Below are positions 9,993 through 19,873 of a stretch of 64,000 nt of DNA, piece by piece. The position numbers and the translations under genes were made by a program. Source of the DNA: Syntrophorhabdaceae bacterium (GTDB lineage Bacteria; Desulfobacterota; Syntrophorhabdia; Syntrophorhabdales; Syntrophorhabdaceae). Position 1 is the stretch's first letter. The number at the start of each line of letters is the position of its first letter. The stretch lies in assembly GCA_963665295.1 (NCBI GenBank), contig OY762209.1, positions 1,280,001 to 1,344,000 of the forward strand, in the 5' to 3' direction. The notes below the pieces were generated by a model. It saw only the letters and a list, made by a program, of their open reading frames with translations, was not told the origin of the DNA and searched no databases.

Positions 9993-11708
9993 ATGCCGCG
10001 AAAGAAAATACCCACAGACCGCTTTGCATTGGAAAAGTGTCCCACAGGGATTCAGGGCCTCGACGAGATCACCATGGGTGGAATCCCCAGGGGGCGTCCG
10101 ACCCTCCTTACCGGAGGCGCGGGTTCGGGGAAGACCCTCATGGCTCTCGAGTTTCTCGTGAAGGGCGCAACCCTTTACAACGAACCGGGTGTCTTCATGG
10201 CCTTCGAGGAGACGGCGGAAGAGCTTACGAAGAATGTCTCCTCCCTGGGCTTCGATCTCGAGGGGCTTTCGAAGCAGAAGAAGCTTGCCCTCGATTACGT
10301 GTATATAGAGCGCTCCGAGATCGAAGAAACAGGGGAATACGACCTGGAGGGCCTCTTCGTCCGCCTGGGCCACGCCATCGATTCGGTCAAGGCGAAACGG
10401 GTCGTCCTCGACACCCTTGAGGTCCTCTTTTCGTCGTTGCCCAATGAGGGCATCCTGAGGGCCGAGCTCCGACGCCTCTTCCGGTGGCTCAAGAAAAGGG
10501 GCGTTACCGCCATCGTTACCGGAGAGCGGGGCGCGAATACCATCACCCGGTTCGGCCTTGAAGAATACGTGGCGGACTGCGTGATCCTCCTCGATCACAG
10601 GGTCACCGAACAGATATCGACACGCCGCCTCCGGGTGGTAAAATACCGCGGCTCATATCACGGCACCAACGAGTACCCCTTCCTGATCGACAAAGACGGC
10701 ATCTCCATACTTCCCATCACCTCCCTGGGCCTCACTTCCGACGCCTCCATGGAGAGGGTTTCCACGGGTATCTCCCGCCTCGACACCATGTTCGGCGGCC
10801 TGGGCTATTTCAGAGGTTCGAGCGTCCTCGTCTCCGGCCCTGCAGGGACAGGGAAATCCACCATGGCGGCACAGTTCGTGGAAAGCGCGTGCGGCAGGGG
10901 TGAGCGGGCCGTCTACCTGGCCTTTGAAGAATCGCCGAAACAGATCCTGAGAAACATGCGCTCCGCCGGGATAGACCTGGAACCATACATAGAAAGGAAC
11001 GTTCTTTCCATCCGCTCCGAGAGGCCCACCCTGCTCGGGCTTGAGATGCACCTTCTCCAGATGACGAAACTGGTCGATCAGGTCAAGCCCCATGTGCTCG
11101 TCATGGACCCCATCACGAACCTTATCTCCGTGGGCGCCCAGGCGGAGGTGAAATCCATGCTCACCCGTTTCATCGATTTCCTGAAGGCGAAGCAGGTCAC
11201 GTCCTTCTTTACGAGCCTCACCTCGCCCGGCCCCAGCCTGGAGCAGAGCCAAGTGGGCGTCTCCTCCCTCATGGACACCTGGATCGTACTCAAGGATATC
11301 GAAGGCCAGGGGGAACGGAACCGCGGGCTCAGCATCATCAAGTCGAGGGGCATGGCCCACTCGAACCAGTTCAGGGAGTTCCAACTGACGGAAAGGGGCC
11401 TTATATTGGAGGATATCTATCTCGGTGCGTCAGGCGCTCTGACCGGGGCGGCCCGGGCATCCCAGATGGCGGAAGAACAGGCCGCGGTCCTTGCCCGCGA
11501 CGAGGAGATCAAGAGGCTCAACCGGCAGATCGAGCGCAAGCGCGCGGTGTTCGAGTCCGAACTGACGGTGCTCCGCTCGGAATTCGAGGCGGAAAAGGAA
11601 GAAATGAAGAGACAAATAGCCGACGTGGAGGCGCGGAAGACGGCGGCAGCCGAGCAGCGCGCCCGGGTAGCCCACGTGCGGAAGGCGGATGAGGAGACGA
11701 CCCGATGA
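9993..11708 (+). CDS. kaiC: Circadian clock-type double-domain ATPase/kinase KaiC
   Basis: Two RecA-like domains ([11 protein letters not shown] and [11 protein letters not shown]), KYRGS and KSRG motifs, phosphosite region GVSSLMDTW, and a long charged C-terminal coiled coil. Confidence 0.96.
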   Translation: MPRKKIPTDRFALEKCPTGIQGLDEITMGGIPRGRPTLLTGGAGSGKTLMALEFLVKGATLYNEPGVFMAFEETAEELTKNVSSLGFDLEGLSKQKKLALDYVYIERSEIEETGEYDLEGLFVRLGHAIDSVKAKRVVLDTLEVLFSSLPNEGILRAELRRLFRWLKKRGVTAIVTGERGANTITRFGLEEYVADCVILLDHRVTEQISTRRLRVVKYRGSYHGTNEYPFLIDKDGISILPITSLGLTSDASMERVSTGISRLDTMFGGLGYFRGSSVLVSGPAGTGKSTMAAQFVESACGRGERAVYLAFEESPKQILRNMRSAGIDLEPYIERNVLSIRSERPTLLGLEMHLLQMTKLVDQVKPHVLVMDPITNLISVGAQAEVKSMLTRFIDFLKAKQVTSFFTSLTSPGPSLEQSQVGVSSLMDTWIVLKDIEGQGERNRGLSIIKSRGMAHSNQFREFQLTERGLILEDIYLGASGALTGAARASQMAEEQAAVLARDEEIKRLNRQIERKRAVFESELTVLRSEFEAEKEEMKRQIADVEARKTAAAEQRARVAHVRKADEETTR

Positions 11709-12034
11709 GGAGCGGAAAACAGAAAGAAGAGGGGCTGGATTTCTGGCAGCTCCGGCTTTACGTGGCCGGACAGACCCCGAAATCGCTTACCGCTTTCGCA
11801 AACCTGAAAAGGATTTGCGAGGAGCACCTGGCAGGCAAGTACCGGATCGAGATAATCGACCTTCTCGAAAACCCCACCCTTGCAAAGGGTGACCAGATCC
11901 TCGCCATTCCCACCCTCGTGAGGAAACTCCCCGAGCCGGTGAGGAAGATCATCGGAGACCTTTCCAATACCGAAAGGGTGCTTGTTGGTCTTGACCTTCG
12001 CCCTGTTCCCGGGGGGGAAGGGAGGAAAGCATGA
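11705..12034 (+). CDS. kaiB: KaiB family protein (copy 1)
   Basis: [12 protein letters not shown] and [27 protein letters not shown] overlap with kaiC. Confidence 0.96.
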   Translation: MRSGKQKEEGLDFWQLRLYVAGQTPKSLTAFANLKRICEEHLAGKYRIEIIDLLENPTLAKGDQILAIPTLVRKLPEPVRKIIGDLSNTERVLVGLDLRPVPGGEGRKA

Positions 12035-12399
12035 CAAAGAAGGTCCGGGATCAGGTGGAGATCTTCGAGCACGCCCTCAAGGACTCGGAAGACAAGAAGT
12101 ATGTGCTGCGCCTGTATGTGGCCGGGGCCACGCCCAAGTCGACGGAGTCTATCCTCAATATCAGGAAGATATGCGAGGAGCATCTGAAAGACCGTTACGA
12201 GCTGGAAGTGATCGACATCTACCAGCAGCCGGTCCTTGCCAAGGGTGAGCAGATCATCGCGGCCCCCACACTGGTAAAGAAGCTCCCTCCGCCCCTCAGA
12301 AGATTTATCGGCACCATGCACGACGTGGACCGGATTCTCGTGGGCCTTGATCTCAAACCGAAAGAGAAGGTCAAGGCGGAACAGGGAAAGAAGCCCTGA
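12031..12399 (+). CDS. kaiB: KaiB family protein (copy 2)
   Basis: [12 protein letters not shown] and [24 protein letters not shown] overlap with kaiB copy 1. Confidence 0.94.
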   Translation: MTKKVRDQVEIFEHALKDSEDKKYVLRLYVAGATPKSTESILNIRKICEEHLKDRYELEVIDIYQQPVLAKGEQIIAAPTLVKKLPPPLRRFIGTMHDVDRILVGLDLKPKEKVKAEQGKKP

Positions 12400-12419
12400 C
12401 GGATAAAGGGCCGGGAAGG

Positions 12420-14072
12420 ATGATGAAGAACAGGACAAACCGGGAACTTCAGACTGAAATCGAGGCATTGCGGTTGCGCCTCGAAGAGGCCGAGGAGACC
12501 CTCCGGGCGATCACGAACAACGAGGTCGACGCCCTTGTGGTGAGCGGGCCCGAGGGCCAACAGGTGTTCACCCTCCAGGGCGCGGAGCAGCCCTACCGCA
12601 CCCTTGTCGAGTCGATGGCGGAAGGCGCCCTTACCGTGGGAGGGGATGGCACGGTCCTTTACTGCAACCGGCAATTTGCGGAAATGCTCGAGGCGCCGAT
12701 CAACAGGGTTATCGGGTCGTCTTTCGAGGACATGGTGTCGCCCGAAGACCGGCCGGCGCTCAAGGCCCTCCTCGATGAATGCGTGGTGGGAGACTGCAGG
12801 GGCGAGTACCATCTCGTTACTTTTGAAGGGCGGGAGATACCGGTCCATATCTCGGCCCGCCCCCTCGGGCTCCAGGGTATGGAGGGCATCTCCATTGTTG
12901 CCACCGACCTGGGAGAGCAGCGGGCCCTCGAACAGCAGATCCGCCAGTCTCAGAAGATGGAAGCCCTCGGCACCATGGCGGGAGGCATCGCCCATGACTT
13001 CAATAATCTCCTTGCCGCGGTTATCGGTTTCACCGAGTTGCTCCTGGAAGACATACCCCCGGGCGACCCCGCCCACGGCCATGCCGTGAGAGTCATGGAG
13101 GCAGGCATACGGGGCCGCGAGCTGGTGAAGCATATGCTCACCTTCAGCCGTCAGGGGGAGCAGCAGAAGAGGCCGCTACGCATGAGCGCCATCATCAAGG
13201 AGAGCGCCGATCTCCTCAGGGCGTCCATCCCGACAACCATCAGCGTCAACGTCAATATCGTGAGCGAATCGGCCCTCATCATGGCGGACCCGGTCCAGAT
13301 TCAACAGGTTCTTATAAACCTCTGCACTAACGCCGCCTACGCCATGCGGGAAAGAGGCGGCGTCCTGGACATCGAACTGAGCGATTTCAGCATCGGCCCC
13401 GAGGAGGCGAGCGCTCACGACATGGAACCGGGCTCTTATATGAGGCTGCTGGTCCGGGACACGGGCACGGGCATGCCCGTGCGCACAAGGGACAGGATAT
13501 TCGACCCCTTCTTTACCACGAAGCCCGTAAACGAGGGAACAGGCCTCGGCCTTTCGGTGGTAATGGGCATCGTAAAACAATCGGGCGGATATATTACCGT
13601 GGAGAGCAAGCCCGGCAAAGGTTCCGTCTTCACAGCCTATTTCCCGAAGGTCGCAGGGCGACCCATGGCCGAAGCCCCGGGCAAGGAAGATGTCCTGCCT
13701 GCCGGCTCCGAACGCATCCTCTTCGTCGATGATGAAGAGGTTCTTCTGGAGATGGGCAAAGATCTTCTCACAAGGCTTGGTTATGAGGTGACAGGTGAGA
13801 GGAACAGCCGGGAGGCCCTCGCCCTGGTCACTCGCGATCCTGCCCGCTTCGACTTGGTCATTACCGATCAGACCATGCCGGAGATGACCGGGATAGAGCT
13901 GGCGCAGAAGATACTCGCCATCAGGCCGGACATGCCCATAATCCTTTCCACGGGCTTCAGCTATCTCGTTGATGCCGAGTCCGCCAAAGCCGCGGGTATC
14001 CGGGGTTTTGCGATGAAGCCCCTGACGAGGAGAGAGATGGCGAAGATCGTGAGAAGGGTCCTCGACCAATAG
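12420..14072 (+). CDS. PAS-domain hybrid histidine kinase (CckA-like) with receiver
   Basis: N-terminal coiled coil plus PAS, H-box GIAHDFNN, N-box NLCTNA, DTGTG, GTGLGL, and a C-terminal receiver (FVDDE, TDQTMP). Confidence 0.95.
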   Translation: MMKNRTNRELQTEIEALRLRLEEAEETLRAITNNEVDALVVSGPEGQQVFTLQGAEQPYRTLVESMAEGALTVGGDGTVLYCNRQFAEMLEAPINRVIGSSFEDMVSPEDRPALKALLDECVVGDCRGEYHLVTFEGREIPVHISARPLGLQGMEGISIVATDLGEQRALEQQIRQSQKMEALGTMAGGIAHDFNNLLAAVIGFTELLLEDIPPGDPAHGHAVRVMEAGIRGRELVKHMLTFSRQGEQQKRPLRMSAIIKESADLLRASIPTTISVNVNIVSESALIMADPVQIQQVLINLCTNAAYAMRERGGVLDIELSDFSIGPEEASAHDMEPGSYMRLLVRDTGTGMPVRTRDRIFDPFFTTKPVNEGTGLGLSVVMGIVKQSGGYITVESKPGKGSVFTAYFPKVAGRPMAEAPGKEDVLPAGSERILFVDDEEVLLEMGKDLLTRLGYEVTGERNSREALALVTRDPARFDLVITDQTMPEMTGIELAQKILAIRPDMPIILSTGFSYLVDAESAKAAGIRGFAMKPLTRREMAKIVRRVLDQ

Positions 14073-14278
14073 GGTCACCGGATTTTTCATGTGACCGGCC
14101 GAAGCGTTTCTCCTGTCCGTCAACGCCCTTCCGGGCGCGGGCAGCCCCATGCCCGTAACCATCGGATATCTTGACGGGTCCGGAGATCATACTTAATCTC
14201 TGAATATGCAAGGGGAAAGAAAATACGGCAAGATGAGAGCAGACTTCATCAGGGCCGCGAACCTGCAAGGAGCATGAT

Positions 14279-16822
14279 ATGGATGATAAGACGCGGGTCG
14301 CCTGGCCCATGTGTTCTTTCCTGCCCGGCGAGATAGAAGGGGCGGACGCCCTTGTGGAACTTGCCCTCGACATGCGCTGGTCCTGGAACCACGCGGCGGA
14401 CGGGATATGGAAACGGCTTGATCCCGCATTATGGGAACTTACCTATAATCCCCTTGTCGTCCTTGAGACCGTGTCGAGAGACCGGATCAAGAGCGTGCTC
14501 GCCGACCCGGCGGTGCGCCGGAAACTCGATGACCTCGTGGAGGCCAAACGACGCATTGCGCAGGAAGAGGGCTGGTTTCAGCAAAACTGGGCCGCCTCGC
14601 CCCTCACGGGTATCGCTTATTTCAGCATGGAGTTCATGCTGAGCGAGGCCCTCCCCATCTATTCAGGAGGCCTGGGCAACGTGGCCGGCGACCAGCTCAA
14701 GGCGGCGAGTGACCTCGGCATCCCCGTGACCGGAGTGGGGCTTCTCTACCAGCAGGGCTATTTCCGGCAGGTTATCGACAGGGACGGAAGGCAGCAGGCC
14801 CTCTTTCCCTATAACGACCCCGGGCAACTGCCCATTACGGCGGTCCACGACGCGGGCGGCGAGTGGCTCCGCCTCGAGGTGCCCTTGCCGGGCTATTCCG
14901 TATGGGTCCGTGTATGGCAAGTCCAGGTAGGCAAAGTCACCCTTTACCTTCTCGACAGCAACGACCCGGCCAACTTCCCGGCCCACAGGGGCATTACGAG
15001 CGAACTTTACGGCGGCGGCACGGAGGTGCGACTGAAACAGGAGATACTCCTCGGCCTCGCCGGCTGGCGGCTCCTCGAAGCCCTTGCCCTCAAGCCGGAG
15101 GTATGTCACCTGAACGAGGGCCACGCAGCCTTCGCCGTGCTGGAGCGGGCCCGCTGTCTCATGGTGGAGACGGGCCTGTCCTTTGATGCCGCACTGGCCG
15201 TGACCAGGGCGGGCAATCTCTTCACCACCCACACCCCCGTGGCCGCGGGCTTTGACCGCTTCTCCCCGGAGCTGATGGAACAGTACTTCAGCGCCTACGC
15301 CCGGGACATGCTGGGTATCTCCCTTCACGACCTCATGGCCCTCGGACGCTCGGACCCGGGTGACCCATCCGAGCCCTTCAACATGGCCTACCTCGCGATG
15401 CGGGGCAGCGGGGCAGTGAACGGGGTAAGCCGGCTCCACGGTGAGGTAAGCCGCCGGATCTTCGAGCCCCTGTTCCCGCGGTGGCCCGAGGGCGAGGTGC
15501 CTGTGGGCTACGTTACCAACGGGGTTCATGTGCCCACGTGGAGTTCGGAGGAAGCCGACGCCCTGTGGACAGAGGCGTGCGGTGGAAAGGGATGGCTCGG
15601 GACGCTGAAGGATATGGAGGCGGACATGCGCGCCGTCCCTGATGCCGTACTCTGGAATTGCCGTGTGTCGGCCCGCGAGGCACTTGTGGAATTCGTGCGG
15701 GAACGGTTTTCCCGCCAGCTCGAGGTTTCGGGGGCAGCACCGGAGAGGATCGACACGGCGAAGCGGATATTCTCCTCCCACGTATTGACGCTGGGGTTTG
15801 CCCGCAGATTCGCCCCCTACAAGCGCCCGAACCTGCTCCTCCATGACCCCGCGAGACTGCTCCGCATCCTTACCGACCCCGGGCATCCCGTGCAACTGAT
15901 CGTTGCAGGCAAGGCCCATCCCGAGGACCGGGCCGGCCGGGACATGGTGCATGAGTGGATACATTTCATCCGGCAGAGCGGGGCCATGAACCACGTGGTA
16001 TTCTTGAGCGACTACGACATGTCTCTCACCACAAGTCTCGTCCAGGGGGTGGATGTGTGGATCAACACGCCGAGGCGGCCTTGGGAGGCGTGCGGGACGA
16101 GCGGCATGAAGGTGCTCGTCAACGGGGGGCTCAACCTGTCCGGGCTGGACGGATGGTGGGCCGAAGCGTACACGCCCGAGGTAGGGTGGGCCATAGGGGA
16201 CGGCGAGGAACATGGCGACGACCCGGCCTGGGACGCCAGGGATGCGGAGAGACTCTACACCCTCCTGGAAGAGGAAGTGGTTCCCCAGTTCTACGCCCGT
16301 GATGAATCGGGCATCCCTACCCGGTGGGTAGCGAGGATGCGGGAGAGCATGGCCCGTCTTACCCCGGCCTTTTCTGCAAACCGCGCGGTGCGCCAATACA
16401 CGACGCAATACTACGGACCTGCCGCGACTGCCTTCCGGGACCGCGTCGCCCATGGTGGCGAGGCGGGCATCCGGCTCGCCAACCGGAGCCGCGACCTGGA
16501 GCGGGACTGGCCGCAACTCCGCTTTGGTCCCGCGAAGATCGCGACACGTGACGGGGAGCATATATTCGAGATCGTGGTATACCTGGGTGAGGTCGCCCCG
16601 GACCATGTCCGGGTGGAGCTCTACGCTGAAGGAATAGACGGAGGAGACGCCCTTCGGCAGGAGGCGAGGCCGGTCTCCGGAAAGGCCGCCGCCGGGGGTG
16701 TCGCCTATGCCGCCGCCGTATCCTCCCTTCGTCCGGTCACGGATTTCACCTTCAGGGTCATACCGAACCTTCCGGGCGCCACGGTCCCCCTCGAAGCCGC
16801 GCACATCCTGTGGCAGCGGTGA
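14279..16822 (+). CDS. glgP: Alpha-glucan (glycogen) phosphorylase
   Basis: AYFSMEF, YSGGLGNVAGD, HLNEGH, FARRFAPYKR and PLP-site EACGTSGMK. Confidence 0.96.
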   Translation: MDDKTRVAWPMCSFLPGEIEGADALVELALDMRWSWNHAADGIWKRLDPALWELTYNPLVVLETVSRDRIKSVLADPAVRRKLDDLVEAKRRIAQEEGWFQQNWAASPLTGIAYFSMEFMLSEALPIYSGGLGNVAGDQLKAASDLGIPVTGVGLLYQQGYFRQVIDRDGRQQALFPYNDPGQLPITAVHDAGGEWLRLEVPLPGYSVWVRVWQVQVGKVTLYLLDSNDPANFPAHRGITSELYGGGTEVRLKQEILLGLAGWRLLEALALKPEVCHLNEGHAAFAVLERARCLMVETGLSFDAALAVTRAGNLFTTHTPVAAGFDRFSPELMEQYFSAYARDMLGISLHDLMALGRSDPGDPSEPFNMAYLAMRGSGAVNGVSRLHGEVSRRIFEPLFPRWPEGEVPVGYVTNGVHVPTWSSEEADALWTEACGGKGWLGTLKDMEADMRAVPDAVLWNCRVSAREALVEFVRERFSRQLEVSGAAPERIDTAKRIFSSHVLTLGFARRFAPYKRPNLLLHDPARLLRILTDPGHPVQLIVAGKAHPEDRAGRDMVHEWIHFIRQSGAMNHVVFLSDYDMSLTTSLVQGVDVWINTPRRPWEACGTSGMKVLVNGGLNLSGLDGWWAEAYTPEVGWAIGDGEEHGDDPAWDARDAERLYTLLEEEVVPQFYARDESGIPTRWVARMRESMARLTPAFSANRAVRQYTTQYYGPAATAFRDRVAHGGEAGIRLANRSRDLERDWPQLRFGPAKIATRDGEHIFEIVVYLGEVAPDHVRVELYAEGIDGGDALRQEARPVSGKAAAGGVAYAAAVSSLRPVTDFTFRVIPNLPGATVPLEAAHILWQR

Positions 16823-16983
16823 GGCGGGCGGGACGATCGCGACAGACACGCCCACGACGGCGAAAAGTGGGCGCTGCCCGTTAATTCCTTTGATTTTGCG
16901 CATTTTTTTGCTAGAATAGAGCCATGGGCCCTGTTGATCCGGCGCGGACCGTGGGGAGCGGTGAATACCTCCGGAGGTGGTTC

Positions 16984-17421
16984 GTGAAATGGTTTCGGAC
17001 GCGTCTTATCTTTATCGCGGTCTCATTGCTGCTGGTCCCCTTCACTGTTATGGCCGACGTGGAATATGATGCGGAAAGCCGCCTCGAAGAGGTCATGAAT
17101 CTCTGGAGCGAGGGCCGGTACGAAGAGCTATGGGACTGTGGCACCAACGGGACAAAGGCGGGCGTTTCCCGGGAGGATTTCGTGTGGCTCATGAAGCGTT
17201 CCCCCCGTGTTCCCGACGTGGGGTGGATGCGGGAGAAATCGATCACCGCCGTATCGGTCAAGCCCACCCGCGTGCTTCTGCAGGCAGAGATAGGGTTCAT
17301 AATCAACGGCCAGGACAAGCGTGAAACGCGCGTGTTTCAAATGGTGTATGAGGACGATGAGTGGCGGATCATGCTCGACGAGTTTGCCGGACTGGCCCGG
17401 CCCCTCGTATACGGGTACTGA
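16984..17421 (+). CDS. Hypothetical exported protein (NTF2-like)
   Basis: GGAGG RBS then GTG. Signal-like N-terminus and C-terminal FQMVYEDDEWRI. Confidence 0.6.
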   Translation: MKWFRTRLIFIAVSLLLVPFTVMADVEYDAESRLEEVMNLWSEGRYEELWDCGTNGTKAGVSREDFVWLMKRSPRVPDVGWMREKSITAVSVKPTRVLLQAEIGFIINGQDKRETRVFQMVYEDDEWRIMLDEFAGLARPLVYGY

Positions 17422-17462
17422 GACAATAACTGCCGTAAAAGGAGCATTTCAAAGGAGAGGTT

Positions 17463-17687
17463 ATGCTTATAGGAGAAATTCAGAAAGGTACGGACAAGAT
17501 CATGGTCACCGTGAAGGAATTCAAGGGCAAGACCTACGTGGATATACGCACCTATTTCGAGAACGATCAGGGCGAGATGGTGCCCACGAAAAAGGGGGTC
17601 TCCCTTTCGCCCGACAATCTTGACGATATCCTGAAGATACTTCAGGATGCAAGGAAAGCGGTGCGGGAGCCGGGCGAGACAGCATAG
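17463..17687 (+). CDS. PC4/YdbC family ssDNA-binding protein
   Basis: EFKGKTYVDIRTYF...PTKKGVSL signature. Confidence 0.92.
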   Translation: MLIGEIQKGTDKIMVTVKEFKGKTYVDIRTYFENDQGEMVPTKKGVSLSPDNLDDILKILQDARKAVREPGETA

Positions 17688-17701
17688 GCCGGACAGGGTC
17701 G

Positions 17702-17944
17702 ATGATAGGGAACTTCTTGATATGCGCTGCCGCGGCCGTCTTCATTTCAGGCTGCACGACCTTTTCCCACCCCACAAAAACCCAGGATGATTTTAACCGC
17801 GACCGGAAGGAGTGCGAGCAGTATGCGGCAGCCAATCCGGGAGACAATGCCACATGCGCCAGGGAGACCGTTACCTGCGCCACCTGTGAGGATGTAAAGC
17901 GGTGCCTCCAGGAAAAGAAAGGCTGGACAAGGGTACGGAACTGA
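17702..17944 (+). CDS. Small Cys-rich lipoprotein
   Basis: Lipobox-like FISGC, then D..EC and CL.EKKGW pattern. Confidence 0.7.
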   Translation: MIGNFLICAAAAVFISGCTTFSHPTKTQDDFNRDRKECEQYAAANPGDNATCARETVTCATCEDVKRCLQEKKGWTRVRN

Positions 17945-17946
17945 TA

Positions 17947-18429
17947 TCAGCCCTTGAGCGCCTTTACGAGCGAGGCTACCCGTTTGCCCAGTTTCCGCGC
18001 GTTGACCACGGTTTTCTCGTCAGGTGAGCCCGTGCATGCCACGCCGTAATGGCCCGTGGCATCGAGGGGGTCGCCTACAATGATCATACCGTAGATCAGT
18101 AAGGTCTGGAGGATGGAAATGATAGTCGTCTCTTTGCCCCCCGTCGGATCGCCCGAAGTGGCAAAGGCGGCGCCTACCTTGTCGCCCATATCCTTGCGGA
18201 CCACCACGAGCTTGTCGAACATCTCCTTCATGGGCGCGGCCATACTCCCGAAATAGACGGGGGAACCGGCGATCAGGCCGTCACAGGCGAGAAAATCCTC
18301 TTTTGTCACCTCCGCCACCGCCTTCACCACACAGTCCACGCCCTTGACTTCCTTTACCCCGCCCGCCACTTCTTCCGCGAGTTTTTTGGTGTTGCCCGAT
18401 CTGGAATAATAGACTACAAGCACCTGCAT
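17947..18429 (-). CDS. WrbA-like flavodoxin-fold NAD(P)H oxidoreductase
   Basis: YYSRSGNT, GSPVYFG, KVGAAF and GGKETT. Confidence 0.9.
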   Translation of the reverse strand: MQVLVVYYSRSGNTKKLAEEVAGGVKEVKGVDCVVKAVAEVTKEDFLACDGLIAGSPVYFGSMAAPMKEMFDKLVVVRKDMGDKVGAAFATSGDPTGGKETTIISILQTLLIYGMIIVGDPLDATGHYGVACTGSPDEKTVVNARKLGKRVASLVKALKG

Positions 18430-18458
18430 CGAATCCCTCCTTGTGCGTTTCCCTTACC

Positions 18459-18974
18459 TCACTCCCCTTCCACCACGTATATCTCGGGAAGGTTCCTGTA
18501 CTGTTCCGCATAATCGATCCCGTATCCCACCACGAACCCGTCGTCGAAAGTGAAGCCCACGTAGTCCCCTTCTATCTCGATCTCCCGTCGTGCGCGCTTA
18601 TCGAGAAGGGCGCATATCTTCACGGACTTCGGTTTTTTCCTTTCGAGCATTTCCTTCACATGGGTGAGGGTAAGCCCCGAGTCTATAATGTCCTCCACGA
18701 TCACCACGTTCTCTCCCTCGATGTCTTCTTCGAGGTCTTTTGTCACCGTAATGGTGCCCTTCGAGGCCGTTCCGTTCCCGTAAGACGAGACCCGCATGAA
18801 ATCGACCCTCGATGGATTGGCCACAGCCCTCACGAGGTCGGAGGTGAACATGAAGGAGCCTTTGAGGAGGCAGACGAAAACGATCCTCTCCGCGTCGTAA
18901 TCTCGTTCGATCATGGCGGCGAGCCTTTTTACGGCCTCCTCGATATCTTCCCTGGAAAACAGTTTTTTGAGCAC
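18459..18974 (-). CDS. hpt: Hypoxanthine phosphoribosyltransferase
   Basis: LKGSFMF, VSSYG, IVEDIIDSGLT and FVVGYGIDYAEQYRNLP. Confidence 0.96.
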   Translation of the reverse strand: MLKKLFSREDIEEAVKRLAAMIERDYDAERIVFVCLLKGSFMFTSDLVRAVANPSRVDFMRVSSYGNGTASKGTITVTKDLEEDIEGENVVIVEDIIDSGLTLTHVKEMLERKKPKSVKICALLDKRARREIEIEGDYVGFTFDDGFVVGYGIDYAEQYRNLPEIYVVEGE

Positions 18975-18983
18975 TTTTATCTC

Positions 18984-19640
18984 CTACAAGGCATGTTGGA
19001 GCACGAGGATTTCAGGTTTTTCCGGTAACGCGCCTTTCGTAATCTCCACTTCCGCGGCCTTTTCCACCCGTACCCCGCCTTTGCCTTTTGTAAAATCCTC
19101 GACCGGCGCTATGGGGAATTCGCACTTGGGGGTCTTGTAATGCATGGGTATGGTGATTGCGGGTTTTACGCTCTCCATCACCATGGTGGCCTCCCGGGGG
19201 TCTATGGTGTAGAAGCCTCCCACGGGCAGGAACATCACGTCGATGGAGCCCATATCGTGAAGCGTCCCTTTGCCGAGGGTATGGCCGAGGTCTCCCATGT
19301 GGGCGACACGAAGGCCATCCGCCTCGATGACGAAGATGATGTTGTTCCCCCGCTCCCGGCCCTGGGAGGAGTCGTGGAACGATGGCACGCCTTTTATCTT
19401 CACGCCCTTTGCCTCATAGGAGCCCGCCTTCGAAATATGGACGAATTTCCCTTTGATGTCCTTTATATAGTTATGGTCTTCGTGATCGTGGGTGGTGAGT
19501 ACGATGTCGGCATTTTCGGCAATCCTGCCGTAGGCCAGCGCGCCGCCGAAGGCCCCCGACTCGTAAGGATCAATGATGATGCTCACGCCCTGGTCGGTGG
19601 TTATCCTGAAAGCCGCATGGCCGTACCACTTGATCTTCAT
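18984..19640 (-). CDS. MBL-fold metallo-hydrolase (Lactamase_B_3-like)
   Basis: WYGHAAF, THDHEDH, HMGD and IPMHY. Confidence 0.92.
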   Translation of the reverse strand: MKIKWYGHAAFRITTDQGVSIIIDPYESGAFGGALAYGRIAENADIVLTTHDHEDHNYIKDIKGKFVHISKAGSYEAKGVKIKGVPSFHDSSQGRERGNNIIFVIEADGLRVAHMGDLGHTLGKGTLHDMGSIDVMFLPVGGFYTIDPREATMVMESVKPAITIPMHYKTPKCEFPIAPVEDFTKGKGGVRVEKAAEVEITKGALPEKPEILVLQHAL

Positions 19641-19873
19641 CCCCTGCCTCCTCGGTTTTTCTTGATAATAAACCGTGGCATCGAAAGTGTCAAGAAAAGC
19701 CGCAGCGGCAAAGCCCGTGGAGCCTCCCCGGGGTAGCCCGCCCCATCGTCCCTGTTGACAAGGACGTGAAGGTTTGAAAGAATAGGGAAAGACTTATGGG
19801 TCACGTGGCCCCCGGGCAGGGCAAAGACCTTGCCGTGAGGGGAGGGCGCGGGACGATGGAGGAACCCCCCTTT

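Noticed and set aside
14663..16903. 746-aa minus-strand ORF
   Set aside because: It is the antisense shadow of glgP. The same applies to 20273-21442, 28283-29890 and 58478-59995 over their respective genes.
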